Assembly: GCA_964016885.1 (NCBI GenBank)
Contig: OZ024742.1
Coordinates: 364,374,001 to 364,438,000, forward strand
Source: Eledone cirrhosa
Lineage: Eukaryota
Length of the DNA stretch: 64,000 bases
Direction of reading: 5' to 3'
Positions 25,182-40,949 of this stretch are shown here, piece after piece. The notes beneath the pieces are model-generated. The model was not told where the DNA came from. It saw only the letters and a program-made list of their open reading frames with translations, and searched no databases. Each line of letters starts with the position of its first letter. Positions within the stretch are counted from its first letter, which is position 1. The position numbers and the translations under genes are program-made.

Positions 25182-25982
25182 ATTTTTCAATGTTTGTTTA
25201 CATACATGGCCTCCTTTCCAACACAAGAGACATACAGATACATATGTATATATTGATGCACAGTGGGGTGTCATCCATTATATTATTTCTGAATGACAAT
25301 TTAAATTCAAAAATTAAAATCATATTAAAACAGAATCAAAGCAAAATTAAATTAAAATACAACATCGGCAGTTAACGTAGATAATGCAAGAGGATAGTTT
25401 GTTAGTCAGTTGTAGTAGTTATTGCATGCAATAGTTACACGTGGGGCATGCACGTGTGTCTTATTTATATATGATTATTGTGCGGCAAGGAGAAATATTA
25501 TAAATGAGAAGCAAAATAATGTTATGGTTTTTGTATACACCACCATTTTCACAATTCAGGAAACGTAATATATAGTTTATATGTCCTTCACATAATTAAC
25601 GATGATTCAGTATTGGATGTTTGATGTATTAAGTTAAATTATTACAGCTTGTTGCGGCTCAGTGTTCTTTAATCCAAGAAATGTTGTAGTTAATATGTTT
25701 GTCCTTAAAGGACATACTCACAATATACATAGAATACATGCATACACACATACATATAAAATTGTAATATATATATATATTATATATATAAAATTAGAAT
25801 TTTATTTACTGATGAAGAGTGATACCCAGAAACATTAGTGTCTGCAGTTCTGTTCACATGCCAACACAAGAGCAAGGATGAAGGGTTCATTCTCCTGACA
25901 TGGCTATAAAATTGAGGCTTGTTTGCTTAATTGCAAACGAATCGAATGTTATTATTAATATTCGAAAAACTCAGATTACATT

Positions 25983-26022
<40 letters not shown>

Positions 26023-26170
26023 TTGTGTATAATGGTAGCTATGGTGCGTCCATAGGCGGTATGCCAAAATTAGCACTCAATATTCAACAGAGTAGAGTGG
26101 AAGAGGTTTTTTGAAGGTGTTTTTTTTATGATAACACCCCAGTGATAAAATTTGCTCCGAACGAACTACT

Positions 26171-26249
26171 CGTGTCCGAGGGAACCTGCAGCCAGATCCA
26201 TACAGGGACAATGTCTCGAGTTACCTGCCGGCAAAACAATTGTAACACG
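26171..26249 (+). ncRNA. Degenerate hammerhead motif
   Basis: Stem I CGTGT/ACACG; core CCGAGGG and AAAA are mutated; stem III ACAATTGT-A; AATAAA follows. Confidence 0.45.
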
Positions 26250-26369
26250 CAATAAATTGAGTCCAGATGCATCACTGATTTTTCGTTTTTTTATACTATA
26301 TATATACATATATATATATATGCCACGGAACACCCGCCAATCGCCTTAGAGTCGATAAAAGAACTATCT

Positions 26370-27720
26370 TCATCCTACAGACCCACACTCCCGCCGGCCT
26401 GAACTCCCCACCCTTATTCCTTTAGCCTTCGACCTCCCCCCTCCCCCCCACTTATCCCCCACTAACACCACTAACACACCCCTTCTTTTCACCGCCCACC
26501 CCACAACTAACAATACTAACACCTCCACTCCACCCCTCATCCGACCACCCTTCCCCAACTAACATACTAACATCCCTCCCTTCTTCTCCTCCTCCCCCCC
26601 TCCTTATCACACGCACACACCCACCAGCACATATATACACGCGCTCACACTAAACACACACCCTACTACCACCACTAACCCTCACCCCCACACCTCCATC
26701 CCACCACCCCGCAACTAACCCCACTAACACCCCCTGACCCCAAGCACACGAACACACGCACCCACTTACACCACCCACCCCACACGCAACTAACATCACT
26801 AACACCCGCCCCCCCAACCCCACGCACACGTACCCACACACCCTCGTACACCACCAACTCTACACACCCTACCACCACTAACCCCCACTCACACCTGCAT
26901 TCAACCCTTTCTCCACCTCCCGTATACTAACACCCACTAACACCCCCTTCATCAAACTACACACACACCAGTACACCACACTCCCTCCATAGAACTACAC
27001 ACACCCTTCTCTCCCCGCTCCACCCACACCCTCGCTCCACACTCACTCATCCCACTAACACCTCTACTAATACACACACACACCCTCCTCACTCCAACTT
27101 TCACACCTACCCATCCTCGCCCCTTTACCATTCCACCTGACTGCTGCTATGCCCTCTGACCACCTCCCAGAACAAACAGACACACAGCACTCCCACCGGG
27201 TGACCACTTCCTGTTGCGGGCGCACCCCACATCTCTCCTCTTCCGACCATCTCTTCATGGAATACTCGTATGTGGAACTTGACCACCACGGAATCTACTA
27301 AACATCATAGGAATTTACCAACATTTCAACCATCCTCTTACGGAATCACCTATATAACTCACCCACACACACACCCAAAAACATTTTTTTCTCCCACACG
27401 CCACCTACACCCACAACACGCTTAAACCCCACACACACGTGCTTTCCACCACATATTTACACCCTCAGTCTCCTGATTCCTCTCCCCCCACCCCTCTATC
27501 CACACACGCACGGACACTCCGACCTACAACCCCCCTACACACACCTCTTCCTGAACATGCAACCCCGTTCTTCACCCAACCCTTACTTTCACATACATAC
27601 ACACACACACACACGTACACCTACACACACCACCTTCAGCCCTCCCCGCTCGGACACCCCGTCTCCCTCTCCCCACTCCACCCGCCACCACCCCTACACC
27701 CCCACACCCTTCTACCACCT
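26370..27720. repeat. C/A-rich low-complexity region with 'actaacacc' motifs
   Basis: Directly visible; it leads into an HHR-bearing 3' end at 27900-28030. Confidence 0.8.
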
Positions 27721-27906
27721 GTTTTACCCCTTTTTAATTTCAGTTTATTTTGATCATGCTTTTATATTTAATTTTATTTCATTCCTTGTATTTTGATCAT
27801 GCTTTATTATTATTTTTATTTTTAATTTCATTCGCACCGTTTCCTTTCGCTATATGTCTCTCCACCACTCCCTTACACACCCTTTGAACTCTGTTCCACA
27901 CACTTC

Positions 27907-27972
27907 TCACCTGAGGAAGGGCTTATGCCCGAAACGTCGTTCCCCACCACCACGACACTCTCCAGAGCGTGA
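27907..27972 (+). ncRNA. Hammerhead-like motif with degenerate cleavage triplet
   Basis: TCAC-CTGAGGA-aGGGC ttat GCCC-GAAAC...GTGA followed by AATAAA. Confidence 0.5.
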
Positions 27973-28312
27973 AATTAATAAACATTCGTTGTACTGCCTC
28001 TCTGTTTTGTTCCTGTAGAAATTTTTCCATTATATATAAATATATATATATATTTTCCTGAACCTTACATTAACTACTTTTCCCATCTTGACGTTATAGA
28101 CACATATATGTTATAGAATGCTGTTAGCTTCTCGCTAAAACAATCTCTATACCTCTCATTTATATATATTTTATATAGATGAGATTCTACAGGACTGGTC
28201 CTGTAGAATCTCATCTATATTAAAACTTTTATACTCTGCTATGTATTGAGTACCTTACTTACTGTGATTAGCTCCGATTCAACCCGGAATAACTTACCTA
28301 TATATATATATA

Positions 28313-28900
28313 TGGTGGCTGCTAACTCGTTTTCGAGGATGGCCACTACTTAATATCATTGTAGGAGAACCCCTACCGATGCGCTGAACGATTGTGACTT
28401 TTTAGTCCAGCCAGCGACTTGAAAACTCTGGTACAAACACTATACTTGCGTCAATTATTGACACATAGTGCTGGGCCCATGGTACCATGTGACGACAAGT
28501 GCAGAGAGATCTCCAGATATAAAGCAATTCCTGTGCCATGAAGTTTTTATGGTGAGCAAAGGCACTGCACAAAGCCAGTCCCACTCTCTTAACCAAGATT
28601 ATATTTACCAAAAAGAAGAACAAGTCGACATCATTGGATACCATCAAGGTTGCAGGTGTTATATCAGAGTTTTCCTTCTGCTAGAATTCTGCCTTGACAA
28701 AGGCTAAGGGGTCATCTCTCCCGCTGATTTTGGATGGCCATTGACTCTTAAGAGCTCCTTTGCCCTTTGACAGGTTTTGTTTTTAGTCCTGCAGGATTTC
28801 CAAAGTCACCCTCCTCACCAAGAAACCTTGGTAGGGTTGCCAGTTTAGTCGCCAACGTCCCGACCATGGGACAGGTTGTACTGGGATACATGTTACCAGT
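28313..28900 (-). mobile_element. Interspersed repeat G, probably a LINE (RTE-like) 5' region
   Basis: 28313-28749 recurs at 52789-53228 and 53908-54347; the minus strand has 'gaaggaaaactctgat', recalled from RTE-type UTRs. Confidence 0.55.
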
Positions 28901-29169
28901 ATATATATATATACACACATACAACAAGGCACATATACAAATACATATGTACGTATGGTTATATCCAACATTAATAATAATGTTCGATTCGTTTGTAAAC
29001 AAATGGCCAACTTGAAGCTGTGGCCAGTGACCTATCGTAGCAGGAGTTACAAAAGATGGAAACTAGATGTTTGTAAAGGAAGAAAAGTCATTTAGGTGCA
29101 GAATCTACCTCTTCAGTTGATTTCTTTCACCTTCGTCTGCTTCCAGCATATCTTGAGCAATATTTGCCT

Positions 29170-29770
29170 TAACCTCTCTTTTCTCTCCTTGTTCTCCTTG
29201 CTCTCCTTTTACTCCCTGCTCTCCTTGCTCTCTTTTTCTTATTGCTCTCCTTGCTCTCCTTTTCTTCTCCTCCTCTCCTTGCTCTCCTTTTATCCGTGCT
29301 CACTTTCTTCTCCTATTTCCATTGCTCTCATTGCTCTCCTTTTCTTATTATTCTCCTTGCTCTCCATTTCTCCTTCCTCTCATTGCTCTCCTTTTCTCAT
29401 TCCTCTCCTTGCTCTCCTTTTCTTAATATTCTCATTGCTCTCCATTTCTCCTTCCACACATTGCTCTCCTTGCTCTCCTTTTCTCATTCCTCTCCTTGCT
29501 CTCCTTACTCTCCTTGGTCTCCTTTTCTTAATGTTTTCCTTGTTCTCCATCTTTCATTCTTCTCCTTACTCTCTTTGCTCTCCTTTTCTTATTGTTCTCC
29601 ACGCTCTCTATTTCTCCATCCTCTCATTGCTCTCCATGCTCTCCTTTTCCCATTGCTCTCCCTTTCTCGTTGCTCTCCTTGCTCTATTTACTCTCCTTTT
29701 CTTCTTGCTCTCCTTTCTCTCCTTGCCTTCCTTGCTCTCCTTTCTCTCCTTGCTCTACTTTTCTCATTGC
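29170..29770. repeat. Degenerate pyrimidine-rich repeat (TTGCTCTCC motif)
   Basis: Directly visible; the L/S-rich ORFs are artefacts. Confidence 0.9.
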
Positions 29771-29889
29771 TAAAACAAATACGTATGTGTGTGTGTGTAG
29801 CAAAGTGGTTTATTTCCATTATCACAACGATGAACCACTTTGCTACACGTGCACACACACACACACACACACATTTGTCTTAATAGACA

Positions 29890-30400
29890 CCTGAACTGTT
29901 GACCTCTCAACATGACTGCAACTCAATCAAGCGGAAAAGACCACTCTTCTACAAACCTACTTTTGGTGCGAAACCAGCTCGCGCTAAAATCAATTTAAAC
30001 ATTCACGTGACTTCTACCGACCAATCAAAATTGTTTTGACCACAAGAATTTTTGCAACACGAATTGGCGCGAAATTTATAGTGCTTATTCACGTGACATT
30101 CAACAAACAACCAAATCTTATTACCTCCCAAGCCACTTCTTTCACATAAAACAGGAAGAATTTACAAAACTGATCAGTTTAGAGCAAACATCACAGGCGC
30201 TCTCTCTCAAAATTATTTTTGAAAAGCATTAGAGATGCGCAAGAGGTAAAAACTTAAAACTAAAACTGAATACAAACTAATACTTATTACTAATTTATAC
30301 TTATTCCTAATTAAACTATTTTTCACTGGGAAAAATTTGTCAGCATTTTCTTTTCCTTTTTACTAATATATCACAACTCGTGTGTCACACCTCTATTTTT

Positions 30401-30403
<3 letters not shown>
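29890..30403 (+). mobile_element. Single-arm family A element
   Basis: 30181-30403 matches 816-1041 including the same terminus before (TA)n; upstream has CCAAT and two ATTCACGTGAC motifs. The 5' boundary is uncertain. Confidence 0.7.
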
Positions 30404-30440
<37 letters not shown>

Positions 30441-30446
<6 letters not shown>

Positions 30447-30843
30447 CAAATATTAATAAATTAGATGTTCTTTTCATCAATTACATTTTATTATACATAG
30501 TTCGGAGGTACAACAGTACGTCCTCATCAGACAAAATATAATGATACATGACATACCCTGAGATGTTAAATGGTTAAGATTTAATCAAGGTAGGCTACCT
30601 TGATTAAATCTTAACCATTTAACATCTCAGGGTATGTCATGTATCATTATATTTTGTCTGATGAGGACGTACTGTTGTACCTCCGAACTATGTATAATAA
30701 AATGTAATTGATGAAAAGAACATCTAATTTATTAATATTTGTATTTTAATATTAATAACTATGGAAAATTATTTTCACGTAGAGTGCTTCCAATCTACTG
30801 TAAAACTCATTCTTTGATATACTCATTGAATCTTGTTTAACTC

Positions 30844-30848
<5 letters not shown>
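30441..30848 (+). mobile_element. Perfect fold-back palindrome of a family H PLE end
   Basis: Arms 30441-30593 and 30595-30747 with a 1-nt loop and ~100 nt extension; HHR at 30651-30703 with GAAC in both arms. Confidence 0.9.
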
Positions 30849-30898
<50 letters not shown>

Positions 30899-31119
30899 TT
30901 TCAATCATATTTTATTATTTGTATTGACCCGAATAGCTTGGTTGTTTCTATGGCTTTGCGGATAATGGTTCAACCATAATGGTTCTCAGTGTTTTTGGCC
31001 TTTTAGCTTCCCTGTTGCTCTAGTTCACTATTTTCTATGGAGCGCTTGCAACACATCTCCGAAGTTGTTTTTCGCTAATTTCCAATAGCCGAAATGCGAT
31101 TCTCGCTAATTTATATTTG

Positions 31120-31244
<125 letters not shown>

Positions 31245-31439
31245 TACTCAATACCGAGTACTCATTTCTCTCAGCTGTCAACCACATACGGATATATATA
31301 CAGTAGGGTGGCCCTTAGGAAAAGGTTATTTTCCGAAAGTTAAAATGTTGCGTTCCCACAGCGGAAAATAGGTTTTTGCCCTATATCTGAGCTCTGTCCC
31401 CAGCTTTGCAAGTTGCCTTCCCATTATATTTATTGTCAC

Positions 31440-31718
31440 TTCTATACATATACACATATACACAGATATACATATACACATATACACATATATACATACA
31501 CTCATATACACATATACACAGATACACTCACACATGTTCTGCACTGTCTCACTCTCTCTTTCTCTCCTGCTCTCTCGTTCTCTCTCTTCTTCTCTCCCGC
31601 TGTCTATCTCTCCCTCTCTCTCTCACTCTCTCTCACTCTCTCTCTATCACTCTCTCTCCCCCTCTTGCCCTCTCTCTCTCTCTATCTTCCTCGCTCCAGC
31701 TCTCTCTCTCTATCTTTC

Positions 31719-31764
<46 letters not shown>

Positions 31765-34700
31765 GCTCTCTCTCTCCCTCCCCCTCTCTCTCTATCCTCT
31801 TATACACTTCCAGACACATCATACATAATACACACATTCACATACGAACACTCACATACATACAATAACACACACGTACATACAGATGCACACAAACATA
31901 TACTAACACATATATACACACACATACACACACATAATCAAACACACTCCTGCACCCCTCAGACACGTAATGTGGTATCTCCGTCACTCTTCCATTATTC
32001 CCCCTCTCTCTCTTTATTTCTCTCTGCCTCTCTTTCTCTCTTTCTCTCTCTCTTTCCCCTTTTCACCGTTCTCTCACTCTTTCACAAACACACACATACA
32101 CACACATCACACAGGCACATATTACACACACACACATAACACAGACCCACACAGACATACACACAGATACACACATAACACAAACCCACACACACATACA
32201 CACATCACACAGACACACACACACACATCACACAGACACACACACATCACACAAAAACCCACACACATACACACATCACACAGACACACACACACATACA
32301 CATACACACATACCTACACATACACATACACACACATACACGCATCGCACAGACACACATACACACACATACACACATCACCCACACACACATATCACAC
32401 AGACACACACACATATCACACAATCCCACACACACATACACACACACACACATACACACATCACACAGATACACACACAAATACACACATCACACAGACA
32501 CACACACATACACATATCACACACAGACACACATCACACAGACACACATACATACACACATCACACACACATACATACATCACATACGCACACACACACG
32601 TCACACAGACACACACACATACGCACATCACACAAACACACACACACATCACACATACACACATACACACATCACACAGACACAGACACCACAGAGACCC
32701 ACACACGCATACACACATACATACACACATCACTCAGACACACTCACGTACACACATCATACACACACACATCACACAAACCCACAGACACATACACATA
32801 CACACATCATACAGACACACTCACACACATACACACACACATACACACATCACAGAGACACACACACACATACACATATCACACAGACACACACTCACAT
32901 ACAAACATCACACACACACATACATCACATGAACACACATACACACACACACATCACACAAGCCCAAACACACATACACACATCACACAGACACACATAC
33001 ACACATCACACAGACACACACCCATCACATAAAAACCTCACACTAATACACACATCACACATACACACACACACACACATACACACATACCTATACATAC
33101 ACATACACACACATACACGCATCGCACAGACACACATCACACAGACATACACACATATCACACAAACCCACACACACATACACACATCACTCAGATACAC
33201 ACACATACACACATCACACAGACACACACACATACACATATCACACATACACACACATACATACACACATCGCACACACATACATACATCACATACGCAC
33301 ACACACATCACATAGACACACACACACACATACGCACATCACACACACACATCACACACACACACACACATACACACATCACATGTCACAGACATCACAT
33401 ATACCCACACACGCATACACACATACATACACACATCACACAGACACACTCACGTACACACATCATACACACACACATCACACAAACCGACACACACATA
33501 CACATACACACATCATACAGACACACTCACACACATACACACACACATACACACATCACAGAGACACACACACACATGCACATATCACACAGACACACAC
33601 CCACATACAAACATCACACACACACACATACATCACATGGTCACACATACACATACATCACAAAAATCACACACACACACTCATACACAAACACACACAT
33701 ACACACACATACACACGTCACACACATATACATACACACGTCACACAGACACACACACACATACCCACATCACACAGACACACACACACATACACATATC
33801 AAACACACACACACATCACACAGACACACACACATACACAAATCACACACACACACATACACACGTCACACATACACACACACACACACACATACATCCA
33901 TCACACAGACACAAGCACAGACACACACATCACACACACACACACATCACACACATATCCATACACACATCACACACACAGACACACACATACACACATC
34001 ACACATATACACACAAACATACACACATCACACAGACACACATACACACACACACACATCACACAGACACACACACATATCAGACATACCCACACATACA
34101 TACACACACACACACATGACATAGGCACACACACACATACACACATCACATAGATACACACACACATACACACACATACATACACACATCACACATACAT
34201 ACATCACATATGCACACACACATCACACAGACACACACACATTCGGACATCACACACACACACATCACACATCATACAGACACACTCACAGATATACAAA
34301 CACACATACACACATCACAGAGACACACACACACATGCACATATCACACAGACACACACCCACATACACACATCACACACACACACACACATACAACACA
34401 CGGACACACATACACATACATCACAAACATCACACACACACACTCATACACATACACACACATACACACACATACACACGTCACACACATATACATACAC
34501 ACGTCACACAGACACACACACACATACCCACATCACACAGACACACACACACATACACATATCAAACACACACACACATCACACAGACACACACACATAC
34601 ACAAATCACACACACACATACACACGTCACACATACACACACACACACATACATCCATCACACAGACACAAGCACAGACACACACATCACACACACACAC

Positions 34701-36583
34701 ACATCACACACATATCCATACACACATCACACACACAGACACACACATACACACATCACACATATACACACACACATACACACATCACACAGACACACAT
34801 ACACACACACACACATCACACAGACACACACACATATCAGACATACCCACACATACATACACACACACACACATGACATAGGCACACACACACATACACA
34901 CATCACATAGATACACACACACATACACACACATACATACACACATCACACATACATACATCACATATGCACACACACATCACACAGACACACACACATT
35001 CGGACATCACACACACACACATCACACATACACACACACACATACACACATCACACAGACACAGACATCTGAGAGACCCACACACGCATACACACACACA
35101 TACACACATCACACACACACACATACACACGTCACACATACACACACACACACACACATACATCCATCACACAGACACAAGCACAGACACACACATCACA
35201 CACACACACACATCACACACATATCCATACACACATCACACACACAGACACACACATACACACATCACACATATACACACACACATACACACATCACACA
35301 GACACACATACACACACACACACATCACACAGACACACACACATATCAGACATACCCACACATACATACACACACACACACATGACATAGGCACACACAC
35401 ACATACACACATCACATAGATACACACACACATACACACACATACATACACACATCACACATACATACATCACATATGCACACACACATCACACAGACAC
35501 ACACACATTCGGACATCACACACACACACACATCACACATCATACAGACACACTCACAGATATACAAACACACATACACACATCACAGAGACACACACAG
35601 ACATGCACATATCACACAGACACACACCCACATACACACATCACACACACACACACACATACATCACACGGACACACATACACATACATCACAAACATCA
35701 CACACACACACTCATACACATACACACACATACACACACATACACACGTCACACACATATACATACACACGTCACACAGACACACACACACATACCCACA
35801 TCACACAGACACACACACACATACACATATCAAACACACACACACATCACACAGACACACACACATACACAAATCACACACACACACATACACACGTCAC
35901 ACATACACACACACACACATACATCCATCACACAGACACAAGCACAGACACACACATCACACACACACACACATCACACACATATCCATACACACATCAC
36001 ACACACAGACACACACATACACACATCACACATATACACACACACATACACACATCACACAGACACACATACACACACACACACATCACACAGACACACA
36101 CACATATCAGACATACCCACACATACATACACACACACACACATGACATAGGCACACACACACATACACACATCACATAGATACACACACACATACACAC
36201 ACATACATACACACATCACACATACATACATCACATATGCACACACACATCACACAGACACACACACATTCGGACATCACACACACACACATCACACATA
36301 CACACACACACATACACACATCACACAGACACAGACATCTGAGAGACCCACACACGCATACACACACACATACACACATCACACACACACACACACATCA
36401 CACAAACCCACACAGACATACACATACACACATCATACAGACACACTCACAGATATACAAACACACATACACACATCACAGAGACACACACACACATGCA
36501 CATATCACACAGACACACACCCACATACACACATCACACACACACACACATACATCACACGGACACAGACACACACATCACAC

Positions 36584-36614
<31 letters not shown>

Positions 36615-37110
36615 TCACACACACACACACACACATACACACATCACACAGACACACACACATGCACACATCACACACACATATACATACACACGTCAAA
36701 CAGACACACATCACACAAACCCACACACACATACACATACACACATCATACAGACACACTCACACACATACACACACACATACACACATCACAGAGACAC
36801 ACACACTCATACACATATCACACAGACACACACCCACATACACACATCTCACACACACACACACATCACACGGACACACACACACATGATACACATCACA
36901 CACACACAAACACATACACATACACACATCACACACATATCATACGGACACTCATCACACACACACACACACATACACATACACACATCACACACACATA
37001 CACATACACACTTCACATAGACACGCATCACACATACACACACATACACACATCACACACACAGACACACATCACACAGACACACACACATACATCCATC
37101 ACATAGGCAC
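31440..37110. repeat. Large compound (CT)n/(CA)-rich array with higher-order duplications
   Basis: Landmarks such as 'cggacatcac' recur at 34244, 35001, 35510 and 36271 (spacings 757, 509, 761). Confidence 0.93.
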
Positions 37111-38020
37111 ACAGAAGCCCATTGCATATACACAAGCACACGCCTACACCCTCTCTCTCTCTTTCTCTCAGTCTCACCCCCTCTAACGCCTAACCCCACC
37201 CCACCACCTCAGTCTCACCCCACCACCTCTCTCGAACCCGCCCCACCCCTATCTCTCAACCCCACTTCATCCCACCCCTCCTTCTCACCTTCACCTCGCC
37301 ACCTCCTTACCCCCGACCCCTACCTACCACCTCTCTCTGACTCCACATACCCCCTCTCTCACCCCCACCCCACCTCCTACCAATATAGTACACCAAACAC
37401 TATCCAATATGGCAGATATAGTCTGTTGACGTTATTAATAAAATATGCTTTTTAATTATTCTGATTGCTTGGTAAGACGTCTTGAGGCAGGGGGAGGTAA
37501 CTGGAACATTCCCTACATATCGCCATTGATACATTAGTGTGTATGTCTAAAGTTATTTCTGAGTATATATGTGTATATCTGCATATATGTGTGTATGCCT
37601 CATAATATGCAGATATACAATCATTACACACACACATACATACATACATACACATATACACGCATATATGTTTATATATATATATATGTTTATATATATT
37701 TATATTTATATATATAGATTCTACTTAACCTATTTACACTGTGCACACTACAGCCACCTTACCTCTGGATTACAACTCACAAGAGACTGACCTCAAACAG
37801 TATTGAGTGCTTCGAATGGCGCACCGCCTGTAATTGTTGTTACACACCGATATATTTATATATATATATATATATTTAAATGTTAAACAATGTTCAATGA
37901 ATAAATCAATGAATACAGTTTTACAATAGATTATAAGCACTCCACAGTTTTGGTTTTCCGGAGATATTTATATTAATTCAAAATATTAACAAATATAGAC
38001 ATTCAAGTATATAGACATTC

Positions 38021-38085
38021 ATTTTATCTGATGAGGACGTACTGTTGAAGATAGCTCAGTACCTCTGAAATATGTATAATAAAAT
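38021..38085 (+). ncRNA. Minimal type I hammerhead motif (family H)
   Basis: ATTTTAT-CTGATGA-GGacGTACTG..CAGTACctCT-GAAAT ATGT ATA-ATAAAAT; preceded by an inverted 3' end (37880-38010). Confidence 0.8.
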
Positions 38086-38788
38086 ATACTTGATCTCACG
38101 AATGTCTATGATTTGCCAGAGTCAATTTAAGAATAAATCAAGAAAAATAAATACAAACAATAATTGTGGTAACAACCCAACACCCGGACAGTTTTGATAA
38201 AACTGTTTCGCAATATTTTGAGTTTCTAACTCAATACATGCCTTTGATATATTCGGCTCCGTTAATTCGTCGAGCTAATTCAAATATCGAGTAAACTCAA
38301 GTGCTATTTTTAGTGGCGTGAGTGTGCGAGACACGCTAAGTTCGGGAACCATGTGCGTTACATATACACACACTAGCCAGTTTTTTTATTAGATTTAGAA
38401 GTGATCAGGATACTAATTTCTTCACCCGCTGATGAGCTTAGGACTTTGGTACTCCTTTTCACAAATAATATTGAGTCTGGCAAACACTATTGTCTGTAGT
38501 TAGTATTTTTTTCACCTTCGCGATTCTGGTCTCTTACGATTTGAACACATATATGTCTGTGTTCGTTTTTCTTTTTTGTTCAGTTATACTATATATATAT
38601 ATATATATATATTTAACAATACAAGGACGATTTGGTATGCCTTCATTACATTTATTGATTGGTGACGTGCGTTTCGCTATTGATCAGCTCATGGTTCTAT
38701 CTGTATCATTCTGGCCCCACTCTGGAATCAACAGAATGAACATATAAAGCATAGGAATGTCTGTAACATTTGGCGTTACACACACATC

Positions 38789-38922
<134 letters not shown>

Positions 38923-38988
38923 AATCACATGAATCAAAGTTCTGTTCAAACCATTTATTAGCTTACGATTGTTTCGTCCAAACCGAGG

Positions 38989-39114
<126 letters not shown>

Positions 39115-39133
39115 ATTATATATATATATATAT

Positions 39134-39179
<46 letters not shown>

Positions 39180-39781
39180 GAGCGTAAACACCTAGCCCAG
39201 ACCCACTATAAGGGCTGGAGACACGATGTGATGGGCAGGGTGATCCACTGGCACCTGTGCAAAGTAATCAATTTACCACATTCTGAGAAATGGTATGAGC
39301 ATAGGTCAGAGGCGGTGATGGAGAACAACCAGATGAAGGTGCTGTGGGATTTTAGGATACAGACGGACAAAAAAACTGGAACACAATAGACCTGACCTGG
39401 TGGTTGTGGACAAAGTAAAAAGATCGTGTCTGATTGTGGATGTGGCCTGCCCTTTCGACACGAGAGTGCAAGAGAAGGAGAGGGAGAAAATTAACCGATA
39501 CCAGGACCTAAAGTGGAAGGTGAAAAGGATTTGGAACTGCCATGAAGTCAAAGTGATCCCGATTGTCATAGGCGCACTGGGGACTATCTCCAAAAGTTTC
39601 CAGGAATGGTTAAAGAAAATCGGCCCCTTCACGCTTTTTGGAACGCTTCAAAAGGCATGCTTGCTGGGAACAGCAAGAACCCTCCGATACGTCCTGAATA
39701 TCTGAGGCTGCAGGTAGTGGCTTGATATTTATTCCAACGGACTTTCCAGTTAACCAACATCAATGACTGAGATTCAAGGAA
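39180..39781 (+). mobile_element. 3' fragment of a Dong/R4-clade RLE retrotransposon in a (TAA)n tract
   Basis: RHDVMGRVIHW..KWYEH..VLWDFRIQTD..HNRPDLVVVDK..IVDVACP..EKINRY..PIVIGALG; (TAA)n on both sides. Confidence 0.9.
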
Positions 39782-39842
39782 TAACAACAATAATAATAAT
39801 AATAATAATAATTCTTTGCTTAAACTTTAATCTGTTATTTTA

Positions 39843-39912
<70 letters not shown>

Positions 39913-40452
39913 TTATATAATACTATTCAAAATGTTAATAAATGAAAAATATTCTCATAATCAATATATATATTTTATTATACATATCTCAAAGGTACAA
40001 TGGTGTTTAAGTACGTTTTCATCAGACAAAATATAAGATTTGATATGTGACATACCGCTACGGTTTTGATTATTCAAATAGGTAGTGATTTATTTCATCA
40101 AATCTCAACGTTGTTATAACACAAATAATATGATAAACTTAATGAAGAAAAGGACGGTATAAAAACGTTGAGATTTGATGAAATAAATCACTACCAATAC
40201 TGGAATTGAATAATCAAAACCGTAGTGTTATGTCACATATGGAATGATATATTTTGTCTGATGAAAACGCACTTAAACACCATTGTACCTTTGAAATATG
40301 TATAATAAAATATATATTTTGATTATGAGAGTATTTTTCATTTATTAACATTTTGAATAATATTAAAATCTCCAGGAATATCTTATGTTGAATGCTTCTA
40401 ATCTATTGTAAAATTGTATTCGTTGAGTAGCCAACGAACCATATTAATCTTT
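39913..40452 (+). mobile_element. Fold-back family H element
   Basis: Arms ~39924-40112 and ~40164-40359 plus ~90 nt extension; HHR CTGATGA...GAAATATGTATA at ~40249-40313. Confidence 0.87.
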
Positions 40453-40474
40453 GTTTATATACTTATATATATAC

Positions 40475-40514
<40 letters not shown>

Positions 40515-40644
40515 TATATATATATATATATATACACAATATATTAATAAATGGAAACTATATTTATAAAACCATAATTATGTCATTATATATATTTAAA
40601 GGGCAACCAAGATTGTTGAATCCCAACAAATTAAATATAACCTC

Positions 40645-40696
<52 letters not shown>

Positions 40697-40949
40697 GAAT
40701 TTCTAATCTTTTGTAAACGGGAACCGCCGGTAATAGCATTACGAACAGGTAGATATTTAAATCATTTTTTAATTTATTTAAGGGATTATTTAATGTTTGT
40801 TTGTTCCGCTCATCAATTTTTATAATTCTGGTATCTCGAATTAGTACCATAGAACAACAATTATATTATAGACACCCTATATATTTCTATGGGTATTTAG
40901 TACTCAGTGAGATATTTACCTCATTTTTATATATATATATAGATATATA

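Noticed and set aside
28835-28900. HDV-like ribozyme at the putative LINE 5' end
   Set aside because: CCAGT/CTAA-ACTGG is suggestive, but P1 and P1.1 could not be built; a simple hairpin explains it.
31970-37106. Long His/Thr-rich and Cys/Val-rich ORFs
   Set aside because: Translations of CA/TG repeats that lack stop codons.
38425-38500. CTGATGA...AAAC..GTC as a hammerhead
   Set aside because: GAAA and stem I are not convincing.
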